Virus record (IMG/VR): IMGVR_UViG_3300013108_000151
Location: 882-64,881 of that record
Source of the DNA: a virus
Lineage: Duplodnaviria > Caudoviricetes
Reading direction: 5' to 3' (one strand)
Length of the DNA: 64,000 bases
Under the pieces are notes generated by a model. It searched no databases, was not told the DNA's origin, and saw only the letters and a program-made list of their open reading frames with translations. The position numbers were made by a program, and so were the translations under genes. This document shows positions 1 through 9,588 of this stretch, in pieces; the first letter of the stretch is position 1, and the number at the start of each line of letters is the position of its first letter.

Positions 1-137
1 AGTTCATTATACATCGCATCTATGTGGGAACCCAAATGATCTATTCGATCACTTAATTTGTATATTGAGTGCCCAATCCAAAGTAATAGCACTATTAAAA
101 TTACTCTGAATATGTTTTTTATGTTCGTTTGTTCCAT
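1..137 (-). CDS. partial small membrane protein (runs off window start)
   Basis: ATG at 137, MEQTNIKNIFRVILIVLLLWIG..., open to window edge. Confidence 0.5.
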   Translation of the reverse strand, partial: MEQTNIKNIFRVILIVLLLWIGHSIYKLSDRIDHLGSHIDAMYNE

Positions 138-469
138 TACAATTTAATTTCAATTAACTTTAGTATATTGCCTGTTGGTATTACAGTACTTGACCCACCA
201 TCACCAAACTCACCATCTTTATTAAAATTATAATCACTCATTAATACATGAGTGTCTTTGTCTTTTTTAACCAGCCAACCTGTGCTAACACAAATGGCAG
301 GCTTAGACGCTTGAATGTCTTTAAGAGTTCTCCAACTTGGATCACTCTCAATATCTTTCCAGTAAGCAACGTAAAACCCAAACTCCTGTACAGGAGTCCT
401 ATAGTCGGGTAAGGCGACCGAAGCCGCCTTATTCCCTAATTGCTTAGACGAATGTCTATTAGGCATCAA
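137..469 (-). CDS. hypothetical phage protein
   Basis: 110-aa ORF in operon context; YWKDI...STGWLV pattern. Confidence 0.6.
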   Translation of the reverse strand: MMPNRHSSKQLGNKAASVALPDYRTPVQEFGFYVAYWKDIESDPSWRTLKDIQASKPAICVSTGWLVKKDKDTHVLMSDYNFNKDGEFGDGGSSTVIPTGNILKLIEIKL

Positions 470-710
470 CGCCTGTAGCCATTGCTTTGTACCCAGCCGA
501 GATAATTTTACGGCTCGCAGTACCTAGACGGTACTTGTTAACACCATTTTTCTTAGTGTTAAGATAAATTGGGTATCCAGCAAAACGTAGTGATTGTACT
601 ACTGATTGTGGGTTACCAGCACCAAATCTTGTAGCGATTTGTTTGCTTGTAAGCTCTTGTCCTTTTTCGAACGCTTCAAGAACTCTCTGATTGATTGTTT
701 TCTTAGTCAT
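459..710 (-). CDS. small HTH DNA-binding protein
   Basis: start re-set to MTKKTIN (GGAG upstream); LTSKQIATRFG..PQSVVQSLR is HTH-like. Confidence 0.6.
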   Translation of the reverse strand: MTKKTINQRVLEAFEKGQELTSKQIATRFGAGNPQSVVQSLRFAGYPIYLNTKKNGVNKYRLGTASRKIISAGYKAMATGVDA

Positions 711-782
711 TGTCTTTACCCTCCATAGGTATTTGATTTTAGTAATTACTATATCAAGATATTTTTCTAACATAGTGATTAT

Positions 783-811
783 AGTATAGCAAAAATAAAA
801 CCTAAGGTCAA
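783..811 (-). promoter_or_regulatory. sigma70-type early promoter
   Basis: TTGACC-17nt-TATACT. Confidence 0.75.
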
Positions 812-841
812 CCTTTTTTTAAACTTTCTCCAAAAATCTCC

Positions 842-872
842 AAAAAAAATAGGGAACCAAGTTCCCTATTTT
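842..872 (-). terminator. intrinsic terminator after peroxiredoxin
   Basis: aaaatagggaac-caa-gttccctatttt hairpin with T-run on - strand. Confidence 0.8.
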
Positions 873-893
873 ATATTTTAACTTTCCTAAATT

Positions 894-1427
894 TTATAGG
901 CCAAGTTTTTCTTTACCATAGTCACCTCGTATCCAGTTGATAACTGTTCCAGGATCAGTATTTGAAAATGGATCAATATCGGCATTATCTTTTTTGCCTT
1001 CTTCAACCCATTGTTTAATAATTTTACTATCTTTTACAATCATAGCATATCGCCAAGATCTTGTGCCCATTCCGTTATTTTGCTTGTCTACTAATTGCTC
1101 CATACGTTTAGTAAATGCTCCGTTACCGTCTGGTAATAGTTTAACATGTTCAATGCCCAAATCTTTACCCCAAGCATTCATTACAAAGCAATCATTTACT
1201 GAAATACAGTAAATTTCATCAATACCTTCGTCAAGAAACTCTTGGTATCTATCTTCAAACCCTGGTAAATGGTTAGTTGAGCAAGTTGGTGTAAAAGCAC
1301 CTGGTAGTGAAAATACCACTACAGTTTTATCTTTGAACCAATGGTCGCTATCATATGTTTTATATTCGCCATCAATTCTCATCTTCCATTGAATAAAAGG
1401 TACGTTATGTCCTTCTTTATGTGCCAT
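894..1427 (-). CDS. peroxiredoxin (Prx5-like)
   Basis: VFSLPGAFTPTCS motif, SVNDxFVMNAW, RSWRYAM. Confidence 0.93.
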   Translation of the reverse strand: MAHKEGHNVPFIQWKMRIDGEYKTYDSDHWFKDKTVVVFSLPGAFTPTCSTNHLPGFEDRYQEFLDEGIDEIYCISVNDCFVMNAWGKDLGIEHVKLLPDGNGAFTKRMEQLVDKQNNGMGTRSWRYAMIVKDSKIIKQWVEEGKKDNADIDPFSNTDPGTVINWIRGDYGKEKLGL

Positions 1428-1453
1428 ATTTTTGTTCTCCAGTTATAATGTTG

Positions 1454-2131
1454 TTATTTATTATGACCTTTCATGCTCAAACAAATATCATAGAATTCTT
1501 GTTTTAGAGCAGGATCTCTTTCAAAGCCACCTAGCATAATTGCTGTTGTCATGTCTGACTCGTGTTCACGTACACCTCTGTGAGTCATACAATGATGTTC
1601 TGCTTTTACTACCACTGCTACATGTGGAGTTTTAGCATATCTTTGTAATTCTTCCGCAATCTGTGTGGTCATTTCTTCTTGAATCTGCGGGCGTTCAGCA
1701 ATATGATGTACTAGTCTATTAAACTTTGATAATCCAATTACTTCGTCTTCTGGTACAATGCCTACCCATGCTTTGCCTACAATGTTTTGAAAATGATGGG
1801 CACAGGTTGACCTAATAGTAATAGGACCTGATGTATATAAACTTTTATATCCCATATTTGGAAAACTTGTAACACGTGGTATAGGTTGAAACCTCCCGCC
1901 AAATATTTCTTTTACATACATTTTTGCTACACGTCTTGCGGTATCATTTGTATTATGGTCGTGTTCAGTGTCAATTACCAAACTTTCCATAACTTCTTGT
2001 AGTTTACCTTGAACTTCATCTTGTAGTTGATCTAGTTCACCTTCATGAATAAACTCAGATATATTATCATTACAATGAAATCTTTTGTTCTTTGCTTTGA
2101 TTCTTTCTTTAATTACTTTACTTATTTCCAT
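1454..2131 (-). CDS. folE: GTP cyclohydrolase I
   Basis: RSTCAHH, GLSKFNR, RPQIQEEMT, AEHHCMTHRG motifs. Confidence 0.95.
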   Translation of the reverse strand: MEISKVIKERIKAKNKRFHCNDNISEFIHEGELDQLQDEVQGKLQEVMESLVIDTEHDHNTNDTARRVAKMYVKEIFGGRFQPIPRVTSFPNMGYKSLYTSGPITIRSTCAHHFQNIVGKAWVGIVPEDEVIGLSKFNRLVHHIAERPQIQEEMTTQIAEELQRYAKTPHVAVVVKAEHHCMTHRGVREHESDMTTAIMLGGFERDPALKQEFYDICLSMKGHNK

Positions 2132-2168
2132 TTTTTATTTCTCCGATGTTAAGGCAGTGGATTGCCAT

Positions 2169-3236
2169 TTAGAAAGTTTCAGTTGCTTCATATAGTCTTT
2201 TGCCATTAAAGAAAGATGAAACTTTGTCTGTTAGTTTGTTACATACTGACTCATAATCATTTAACGTCATCATTTTATTAATGTGTTCCATTAGTTCAGT
2301 TTTATGTTCCAAATAGTTTTCCCATGAACTTGTCCATTCACTAGGATATAATACTTCAGGTGTTGCCATTTCGCTATAACTTAACCTATCTGGTACTAAT
2401 GGTAATGTTCCTACCAAAGCACCTTCATACCAACTAATACCAAGTGTTTCTTGTAGGTTGGCACTAAACACTAGTTTACTTGTAGCAAGTAATTTATGAT
2501 ATTCGTCTTTTGTTAGTTGCTTTTCTTGAGCAACTATCCAATTATATTGTGGCATACTTTCTGCCAAATCTTTAAAAATGTTTAACTGTTTTTCAGGAGC
2601 CAACCTGTGTGGAAATACAATGTTATTGTATTTAGGTGCTCCAGCATATGGCTTTAATGTATCTTCTAAATATTCCATAGGCCATCCAACTAGTTTAATG
2701 CTATGTAATAATTGTCTATCAATGTCTCTATCATCATTCCAAAATGTATTTGTAAACATATCTATATGAAACTTTGTAGCAAAGAAGTTGTCATCATAAC
2801 AATTATACATGCTCATCTCAGCATTTCTAACCCAAGGCTTATCGCCTATTAATCTACCCAAAAAGTCTGCTGGATCATAACTGCCGGCGTGCCACATGCC
2901 TCCTATTTTAATTTTAACACCTAATAATTCTGCCATATACTTTAATTGTATAACAGTAGGATTCCAAGCATCAGTATAAAGAAAGTAATCGCCATCTTTA
3001 ATTTTACCATCACAAAACATTTTTCCTATTTGCTCTAGTTGATTACTTTTGTAAACATTTGTACCACCAAAGTTTAAAAATGCTCCTGGTGTTGTTGCCT
3101 GAGGAGTTTCACCACCACTAATAACAATTACATCATCTGTATTATGATGTTCTGCTAATTGCTTTGGTAAGTGCTTTTTCCACTGTGATGTGTAACGAGT
3201 GTCTACGGCTTCAATGTCTACAATATAAACAGTCAT
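2169..3236 (-). CDS. GT-B glycosyltransferase, resembling the GTDC1/QTMAN family
   Basis: IVFPHRLAPEKQ, SANLQETLGISWYEG, PLVPDRLSYSE (GT4-type E-x7-E region). Confidence 0.75.
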   Translation of the reverse strand: MTVYIVDIEAVDTRYTSQWKKHLPKQLAEHHNTDDVIVISGGETPQATTPGAFLNFGGTNVYKSNQLEQIGKMFCDGKIKDGDYFLYTDAWNPTVIQLKYMAELLGVKIKIGGMWHAGSYDPADFLGRLIGDKPWVRNAEMSMYNCYDDNFFATKFHIDMFTNTFWNDDRDIDRQLLHSIKLVGWPMEYLEDTLKPYAGAPKYNNIVFPHRLAPEKQLNIFKDLAESMPQYNWIVAQEKQLTKDEYHKLLATSKLVFSANLQETLGISWYEGALVGTLPLVPDRLSYSEMATPEVLYPSEWTSSWENYLEHKTELMEHINKMMTLNDYESVCNKLTDKVSSFFNGKRLYEATETF

Positions 3237-3574
3237 TATTTTCTCATCATACCGTGTACGCCAGGTGCTCCATCATTGTCTTTAAGTTCTGCTACCTTTT
3301 GTTCTGCTTGTTTTAGCATAGTTTGAGTAGCATTAAGAACTTCAATAGATTTTTCTAATTCGGTTAGTATGGCTTTGGATATACCTAACATCATAGGACC
3401 GTGTTCTTTAAGTCCTGCCCAAAACTTCTTATAATCATCGCCTTTATAATTGTCTGCTTCAATTAATAAATTTTGAAAGTCTTGAATAATTTTATGCGGA
3501 TCTTTACCTACGTCTGTTTTTTTAACAGTCTTAGGCGTTGCTACTTTTTTTACTTTTTTTGTTTTCTTTGTCAT
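3236..3574 (-). CDS. hypothetical protein, coiled-coil
   Basis: ORF overlapping both neighbours. Confidence 0.55.
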   Translation of the reverse strand: MTKKTKKVKKVATPKTVKKTDVGKDPHKIIQDFQNLLIEADNYKGDDYKKFWAGLKEHGPMMLGISKAILTELEKSIEVLNATQTMLKQAEQKVAELKDNDGAPGVHGMMRK

Positions 3575-3864
3575 TTGTTAAGTCCTAATAATGTTTCTAT
3601 TTGAGTATCATTAAATTTAATCAGTATAGCATCTTCCATGTCATCTGTCCAACTACTGTCATCCCATACAAAATCTTTACCGTATGTATAACCATGTTTA
3701 CCAAGTTGATTACATACCTGACCAACAGCATCAACTAATGTATAGTTGGCATTAAGAGCACCGCCTTCAATACTATTGCCATTAGCATCAGTGTTCCATG
3801 GATGCCTGTTACTAAATCTAGAAATCTGTAAATTTAATTCTTTACTGTACATCACGTCCATGTC
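3571..3864 (-). CDS. hypothetical protein
   Basis: ORF track 3571..3909; true start probably at a downstream Met. Confidence 0.5.
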   Translation of the reverse strand, partial: DMDVMYSKELNLQISRFSNRHPWNTDANGNSIEGGALNANYTLVDAVGQVCNQLGKHGYTYGKDFVWDDSSWTDDMEDAILIKFNDTQIETLLGLNK

Positions 3865-4315
3865 CATATTGAACAAACGATCCGTTTTCTCCATCTTCAG
3901 AAACATCAATCCAAATAGTACGACCAGGATAGCGATCTGCTATTTGGCTATGTAAATCATCACAAATCATTTCACACGATTTGTAATCAAGTTCTAATGT
4001 TTTTTCAGCATATAGTTTTTCTAACCATCGCTTAAATTGGATAAACTCAATATCTCTGTCATCATGAAATACTTCTATCCAAACTTTAAAATGAAAAATA
4101 TGTCTATGAGGATAACCTAAGAAACTAACATCATATTCGTCACCTGTTGCTAGTTTTGGATCATCTAATGCCGCAGGATATTTATGTATACCTTCTTTTC
4201 TAAAAGTTACCCAGATCATCTTTTTAGAGTTACTACGAGTTTCAGCAATACTTTCTTTTAGTGCCTGTTGCCTCATAGGACTATCATCAATGTTTACTAC
4301 GTTTTCTTGGCTCAT
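3842..4315 (-). CDS. QueD/6-pyruvoyl-tetrahydropterin synthase-like T-fold enzyme
   Basis: EGIHKYP...HRHIFH (metal His), KSCEM, VSEDGEN echo PTPS motifs; close to folE. Confidence 0.7.
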   Translation of the reverse strand: MSQENVVNIDDSPMRQQALKESIAETRSNSKKMIWVTFRKEGIHKYPAALDDPKLATGDEYDVSFLGYPHRHIFHFKVWIEVFHDDRDIEFIQFKRWLEKLYAEKTLELDYKSCEMICDDLHSQIADRYPGRTIWIDVSEDGENGSFVQYGHGRDVQ

Positions 4316-4340
4316 TTTAGTTCCTTTACTTTAAGTTAAT

Positions 4341-4369
4341 ATAATAACAGGTTGTGCTATTAAAGTCAA
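4341..4369 (-). promoter_or_regulatory. sigma70-type promoter
   Basis: TTGACT-17nt-TATTAT. Confidence 0.6.
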
Positions 4370-4373
4370 CCTT

Positions 4374-4709
4374 TTAATATAATTTAAATTCATATCCAAT
4401 TGTAATCCCCCAATTATTGTCTGGAGAAGTTTCATATGAAGGTGCCAAATACCAACTGTCTTTTGTTACTCTCGTCATTGGCACAATTTTCTCTCCACTG
4501 TATCCTGTTACTAATCCAATTTCCAATTCCGAATTAAATGGTGTATCAAACTTTCTTCCAATATAAGCACCAACATTTGATTCGCTGTTATAATAAACTC
4601 CTGCTATTGTATTATCAATTGTACATCTAGCATGTGGGTGAACAGCATTGTAATCTCCTTCTAGTCCAACGTGTAGCGATAACGCCACTAGCAAAGATAT
4701 ACAACTCAC
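4374..4709 (-). CDS. small exported beta-barrel-like protein
   Basis: hydrophobic N-terminus, alternating beta strands, IGLVTGY, aromatic C-terminus GYEFKLY. Confidence 0.5.
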   Translation of the reverse strand: MSCISLLVALSLHVGLEGDYNAVHPHARCTIDNTIAGVYYNSESNVGAYIGRKFDTPFNSELEIGLVTGYSGEKIVPMTRVTKDSWYLAPSYETSPDNNWGITIGYEFKLY

Positions 4710-5092
4710 TTATTCTTCCATTTTAAGTAAAACAAGTCTAGCTCTTGATCACCTGCTAAGTATATCTTTCCAACTCCGCCTCGTCTTCTTCCAGGGTTTC
4801 CAAATTTAGAAGAAGAAAAATCTGTATCAAAGCACCAACTACTATTACAAGCATAACTCCTTTTGTAATCATTATACCAATAATACTCGATTGACGGTCC
4901 CCAGGTTTCCCAACACCACGCTCTCACCTCCAAAAATGTATGGGTTGGGATTTGTATTTGGTAATCAAACTCACCATAGAGTTTGTTTCTGCCGTCAATC
5001 TTTCTTATTTTGTGCCAATTATTTTTAGGTCCTAATACTGGATATACTGATGTCATATGGTTCCTCATCTTTAACGGGCCTAAGAAATTCAC
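4706..5092 (-). CDS. hypothetical protein
   Basis: 128-aa ORF, WCWETWGP. Confidence 0.55.
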   Translation of the reverse strand: MNFLGPLKMRNHMTSVYPVLGPKNNWHKIRKIDGRNKLYGEFDYQIQIPTHTFLEVRAWCWETWGPSIEYYWYNDYKRSYACNSSWCFDTDFSSSKFGNPGRRRGGVGKIYLAGDQELDLFYLKWKNK

Positions 5093-5286
5093 TAAGTAGT
5101 TTCTTGTTGTAATCTTAATCTGTTAATTTTATCTTTGATTGCTAATTTTTCTTTTTTCAATTCTACTAGATCGTATTTGCCACTTGTTGTGCGATCGTTT
5201 GCTCTACCCTTTTCCAAGTCAGTAGTTAACCTGTCGAGTTGCTTGTGTTTTTCTTGTAACTCTCTTATTTCAGTTTTATTTTTCAT
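5092..5286 (-). CDS. DUF465/YdcH-like small coiled-coil protein
   Basis: LQEKHKQLD...LKKEKLAIKDKI. Confidence 0.65.
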   Translation of the reverse strand: MKNKTEIRELQEKHKQLDRLTTDLEKGRANDRTTSGKYDLVELKKEKLAIKDKINRLRLQQETT

Positions 5287-5804
5287 TCTATCTCCTTGTC
5301 TTTAGTGTATTTGTCCCAACTAGTAAATTTACTGTGATCCATTAAGTCATGTAATGTATGACTCCATACACCTGGGTTAGTCTTATTATAGCCTTTGTCG
5401 TCTATTTTAATACAAGTATTATAATTCCATTGATTAACATATGGAATTACAACTCTAATTTGAGGAATAAAGTTATTAAATTCTGAATACCCGCCTTCTA
5501 ACACCCATTCCAAATTAATAGTACTAGGTATATCTAAACTACAAAGTATTCCTTCTTGTAGAAATGCTTTGATCATTAATTCCCAATCTTCAAATTCGTC
5601 GTTTGTTTTAGGATTGTAACTATGGTTAGCACCAAAGAATATATGTTCACAGTTAAGATTTGTATACCAATCTTTAATAGTGTTATAGTCTTGTAAACCA
5701 GTAACAAACAATGTTTGTTTACCGTATGCTGGTGTTTTCTCTACTTCAATACCTGTAAAAAACTGTACGTTATCTTTTACTGTTCCGTTGTAATTTCTTT
5801 CCAT
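5283..5804 (-). CDS. hypothetical protein downstream of TGT-like gene
   Basis: 173-aa ORF 8 bp downstream of the TGT-like gene; HIFFGANHS. Confidence 0.6.
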   Translation of the reverse strand: MERNYNGTVKDNVQFFTGIEVEKTPAYGKQTLFVTGLQDYNTIKDWYTNLNCEHIFFGANHSYNPKTNDEFEDWELMIKAFLQEGILCSLDIPSTINLEWVLEGGYSEFNNFIPQIRVVIPYVNQWNYNTCIKIDDKGYNKTNPGVWSHTLHDLMDHSKFTSWDKYTKDKEIE

Positions 5805-5811
5805 AAGTCAC

Positions 5812-7269
5812 CTATTCAAATAAAGCATTAAATTGTGAACTAGCATTAACAGTTTTCTTACCAATAGCACCCCTAGTTCCAGGTACCATCATCCAAAGTT
5901 TTTGATGTTGTTCAATAAAATCTAATGCTGTATCCCTATCGTCAATTTCAAATACTCGATCAATCACTTCACATACTGCTTGTCTTTCAAAAGTATCATT
6001 AACAAGCCAATTAGGATATGAACCATTATCCATAGCCTTGTTTGCTTCTTGTACAGATCTAATGTGTGTGTAAACATTATGATTCATCATTAAGAAATAT
6101 GAGAAACTATCCCAACTAGTGTTGCCTTCTTTATTGTTTTTGTTTAAATCGCCTGGGCCATATTTACAAATATCATTAACTAGTAGTCCTTCACTTAATG
6201 GACTAGGATTCCAATTAGTGTGATGTTTAGTACATTCTTCGTCCCAAGGTCTAGTGTCTTTACTAAAGGCTTTATCATCTGGGGCAGGTTCCATAATATA
6301 AGACCATTTACCGTTGTGATCTAAACGCCAGTTTGTATATTGCTGTCCGTTGGCTGTACATAAAAATGGAGAAGCACAATCATATGTTACAGTAAAGTTT
6401 GGATTGTGATACTTTCGTATAGCACGTTGAACAGCCGTTAGCATAAGGCCCCATTCAAGTTTTGATGTTCCTAAGAAATGCATGAAGTCTTGTTTGCCTT
6501 GTTCGATTAAACCATCAAAACGTAATATTACTAATCGTTTAAGTGCTAAATGTATATCGCACATATTCTGTCCACCCATAGACCATCCATTAAAGTGGTT
6601 GTCTGGATAAACTTTAGGGTCACAAAAGTGTTTCATTTGCTCATACCAGTCATCTGCTTGAGCAAAGTTTTCACCTTGTAATACATTTAAAAATTTACAG
6701 TTACCGTTACGATTTTTAATGAAGTATTCATTGTTAAACTTTGTGCCATCGACTGCCTCTTGATAGGAACTAATTTGACTAGCCGTCGCACCTTCTGGAG
6801 AACGTGATACCCAAGCCGGAATATCAAGTACCATCCCATAGTCCATAAACTCGTCCATCCAAGCAAGAACTTGCTCACGTTTCTTTTGTGCTTTAGGACA
6901 TCCGCTATTTGCTTTCCAGTCGCCTTCCCATTTGCCTTTACCAATTTGGAAGCCGCCGGAGTCACCTAATAACCAACTGTTGTCACGATCTCTGTTACGA
7001 GTCATGTCTTCTTTATCAACTTGTGTTAGTTCTAAATTGGCGTGTCCTGCCGAGTACAAACTCCATTTGTAATTCCACATACTAGCGGCCGGTTCTAACC
7101 AGTTACCACTTTCTACTCCACATGCCATATTCTTTGGCACTCTATCATGAGCAATATATTCTGTATAACGTTGTTTACCTATAAACGTAGAATAAAAACT
7201 ACTGATAGCAGGCAAAAAGATAGCATAATCTTTCTGCTCTGTTGTTAGATTTGTGGGTAGTTCACTCAA
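5812..7269 (-). CDS. tRNA-guanine transglycosylase-fold protein (TGT/DpdA-like base-exchange enzyme)
   Basis: LGDSGGFQ, MVLDIP, NVLQG, GWSMGG, HFLG, TYDCASP in TGT order; no C-terminal Zn motif. Confidence 0.8.
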   Translation of the reverse strand: MSELPTNLTTEQKDYAIFLPAISSFYSTFIGKQRYTEYIAHDRVPKNMACGVESGNWLEPAASMWNYKWSLYSAGHANLELTQVDKEDMTRNRDRDNSWLLGDSGGFQIGKGKWEGDWKANSGCPKAQKKREQVLAWMDEFMDYGMVLDIPAWVSRSPEGATASQISSYQEAVDGTKFNNEYFIKNRNGNCKFLNVLQGENFAQADDWYEQMKHFCDPKVYPDNHFNGWSMGGQNMCDIHLALKRLVILRFDGLIEQGKQDFMHFLGTSKLEWGLMLTAVQRAIRKYHNPNFTVTYDCASPFLCTANGQQYTNWRLDHNGKWSYIMEPAPDDKAFSKDTRPWDEECTKHHTNWNPSPLSEGLLVNDICKYGPGDLNKNNKEGNTSWDSFSYFLMMNHNVYTHIRSVQEANKAMDNGSYPNWLVNDTFERQAVCEVIDRVFEIDDRDTALDFIEQHQKLWMMVPGTRGAIGKKTVNASSQFNALFE

Positions 7270-7280
7270 CGTCTTACCCC

Positions 7281-8027
7281 CTATTTGCTTTGTGCTGGTA
7301 AGATATACTCGTAAACAGCAAGTCCGCTATCAACATTAATTTGTGCCGCACCTTGGTCTGAAATCATCATTGTTTTATCGCCCGGCAGTTTTAAAATTTG
7401 TTGTATTTGTAATACTGGCCATGCCCAACCGTGTGTAAGTTTACCTTCCACATCTGGCTGAAATACAAAACTACCAGCATGTGTAGAATGGTCACCAAAT
7501 ACAAACTCTAAATTACCATTTGTAGTTTTAGCAATAAATGTTGACTCTTCTGAGTGTACTTGGGCCTGGTAAGCCAAACGTTGTATTGCCGCTACAGTTG
7601 GCTCTAGTGTTACTGTCCATTCAACGCCTTTAAACTTAACTGATTTTAGTTTTTCACTAATAAGTTCACTAGTCATAAACCTGTAGTCATTGTTAAAGTC
7701 GCCACCCTCGTTTTCAAAGTGAATGCCTACTGGAACTTCTGTCCCATTACGCTCTTGCTTTGTTAGTTCTAGTTTAGCATTGTCCTTGTAAACTGGAATT
7801 TTTAATAGCAAGTCTAGTTTATTTAGGTTTGGCATACCAAACGTACCCATAAACTCTGCTATTGGGTTTTTAAACTTTGCTTTAATAATAACACTACGGT
7901 CTTCGGCTAAACCTTCTAGTACTGTTTCTTCGTCTGTACCTTCTACTTTAACTAGGTCAATAAAACCCAATCCGTGTGTATGTTGTACGATGTCTTGTAA
8001 ATAATCTTTCATTGATTTCTTCTCCAT
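7281..8027 (-). CDS. DNA polymerase sliding clamp (gp45-like)
   Basis: 248 aa, acidic beta-rich, C-terminal YEYILPA; near polymerase. Confidence 0.7.
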   Translation of the reverse strand: MEKKSMKDYLQDIVQHTHGLGFIDLVKVEGTDEETVLEGLAEDRSVIIKAKFKNPIAEFMGTFGMPNLNKLDLLLKIPVYKDNAKLELTKQERNGTEVPVGIHFENEGGDFNNDYRFMTSELISEKLKSVKFKGVEWTVTLEPTVAAIQRLAYQAQVHSEESTFIAKTTNGNLEFVFGDHSTHAGSFVFQPDVEGKLTHGWAWPVLQIQQILKLPGDKTMMISDQGAAQINVDSGLAVYEYILPAQSK

Positions 8028-8036
8028 TTATATTGT

Positions 8037-8065
8037 ATTATAACTTGTTCGTATATTAAAGTCAA
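8037..8065 (-). promoter_or_regulatory. sigma70-type promoter for clamp/TGT genes
   Basis: TTGACT-17nt-TATAAT. Confidence 0.75.
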
Positions 8066-8853
8066 GTCTTTTTTCGATGAATTTTATTCAATTCAACGGC
8101 TTTTTCTAATAACGATAAATCTATTCCTAAATCTGTCGTTTCATTTAATAAGGCGTTAGTGTCTTTTGGAAAACAATGTCCTCCCCAACCAAACTTACCA
8201 TCAGGACCAGGAACCATTGTATGTCCTGACCCAATCCTTGGATCCAATCCTAATAGATTGCTTACTGTATCGTAATTGGCTCCAGTTTTGCTACATAGTT
8301 CAAATAGTTCATTAAAGAACGTTAGTTTTGTTGCTAGGAAACTATTAGCAAAATACTTCACCATACTTGCTTCTTCGAGTGTACAAGTGTGTATATGCTC
8401 TACTAATGGCAGACTTTGTCTTAACATATCTGCCCAAAACTTTGTTTTATCTCCGCCTAGTATACAATACTTTTGATTAACAAAATCTTCTAATGCTGTT
8501 GCTTCTCTTAAAAACTCCGGATAGTATGTAATTGATTGTTTGTTCCATGCTTTATTATATTCTTCCATCCGTGCTAACGAACTCCATGGTACTGTACTTT
8601 TAATTAAAATTGGCAAATCAATTTCACCAGTACTAGCATCTTTTAATACATTCCAAATATTACTATCATCACAAGAGCCGTTTTCTGCTGGCGGTGTGCT
8701 AACAGCAATTATAAGCCCATCTGCTGTTTTAATATGGTCTTGTAATTTGTTATTGTTTAGTCTAGGGTCTACAGGTATTATCTCATGATGTTTTGATAAT
8801 AGTTCTCCAATAGCACTTCCTACAAAGCCATATCCTGCTATAATTAACTTCAT
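8062..8853 (-). CDS. ugd: UDP-glucose/GDP-mannose 6-dehydrogenase
   Basis: GYGFVG, IKSTV, PEFLRE, KYFANSFLA, GWGGHCFPKD. Confidence 0.9.
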   Translation of the reverse strand: MKLIIAGYGFVGSAIGELLSKHHEIIPVDPRLNNNKLQDHIKTADGLIIAVSTPPAENGSCDDSNIWNVLKDASTGEIDLPILIKSTVPWSSLARMEEYNKAWNKQSITYYPEFLREATALEDFVNQKYCILGGDKTKFWADMLRQSLPLVEHIHTCTLEEASMVKYFANSFLATKLTFFNELFELCSKTGANYDTVSNLLGLDPRIGSGHTMVPGPDGKFGWGGHCFPKDTNALLNETTDLGIDLSLLEKAVELNKIHRKKT

Positions 8854-9581
8854 ACAATTTCCTTAATATATTCTTTTACATTGTATTTAGGTCGCCAGCC
8901 TGTTTTTACTAGCACTTCTATGTCCGCAACATTCTCTGATGCTTCACACGGGTCTCCATCTTTTAAGGGAACATTAATATCAAAACTACTAGCAAGTTCG
9001 TTTATTTTTACGCCAATGCCTGTGCCAACATCAACAATACCGTTTAACTCACTATTACCTAAACTTTTAATAATAGCATTACATATATCATCTACATGGA
9101 TAAAATCTCTTGTATGATTAGTTACATACTTTAATGTTTTATCTCTAATACGACCTATTAACATATCTCCTCTGCTACCTGGTCCATACACGGTTGTGAA
9201 TCGCATACCTAAACTACGTTTAGGTGCTACTTCTTCCATAGCCTTTTTACTTGTACCATAAGGAGAAAGCCACCATTTTTTAGCACACGAACTACTAGCA
9301 TATATAATTCTCATCTCATATAATGATGCTAAGTTAAATAGACGTTTACTTAATTCTACGTTATTATACCAATACTTTTCTGGTTCCTTCAAACTATTTC
9401 TAACATTGGCATATCCAGCCAAGTGTACAACAGCATCACAACCTTCAGGCTCCCACATTGAGATATCTCTGTTCTTACTAATGTTTCTATCCCATTCTAT
9501 TACGTCGTGACCAAGGTCTCTTAGTAGTTGAGTTAGCCTACTACCTATAAAACCTTTGCTACCTGTTACACTTACTTTCAT
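8850..9581 (-). CDS. NAD-dependent nucleotide-sugar epimerase/dehydratase
   Basis: TGSKGFIG, HLAG, YASSS, YGTSK, RDFIHVDD; start re-set to MKVSV. Confidence 0.9.
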   Translation of the reverse strand: MKVSVTGSKGFIGSRLTQLLRDLGHDVIEWDRNISKNRDISMWEPEGCDAVVHLAGYANVRNSLKEPEKYWYNNVELSKRLFNLASLYEMRIIYASSSCAKKWWLSPYGTSKKAMEEVAPKRSLGMRFTTVYGPGSRGDMLIGRIRDKTLKYVTNHTRDFIHVDDICNAIIKSLGNSELNGIVDVGTGIGVKINELASSFDINVPLKDGDPCEASENVADIEVLVKTGWRPKYNVKEYIKEIV

Positions 9582-9588
9582 TTTATTC

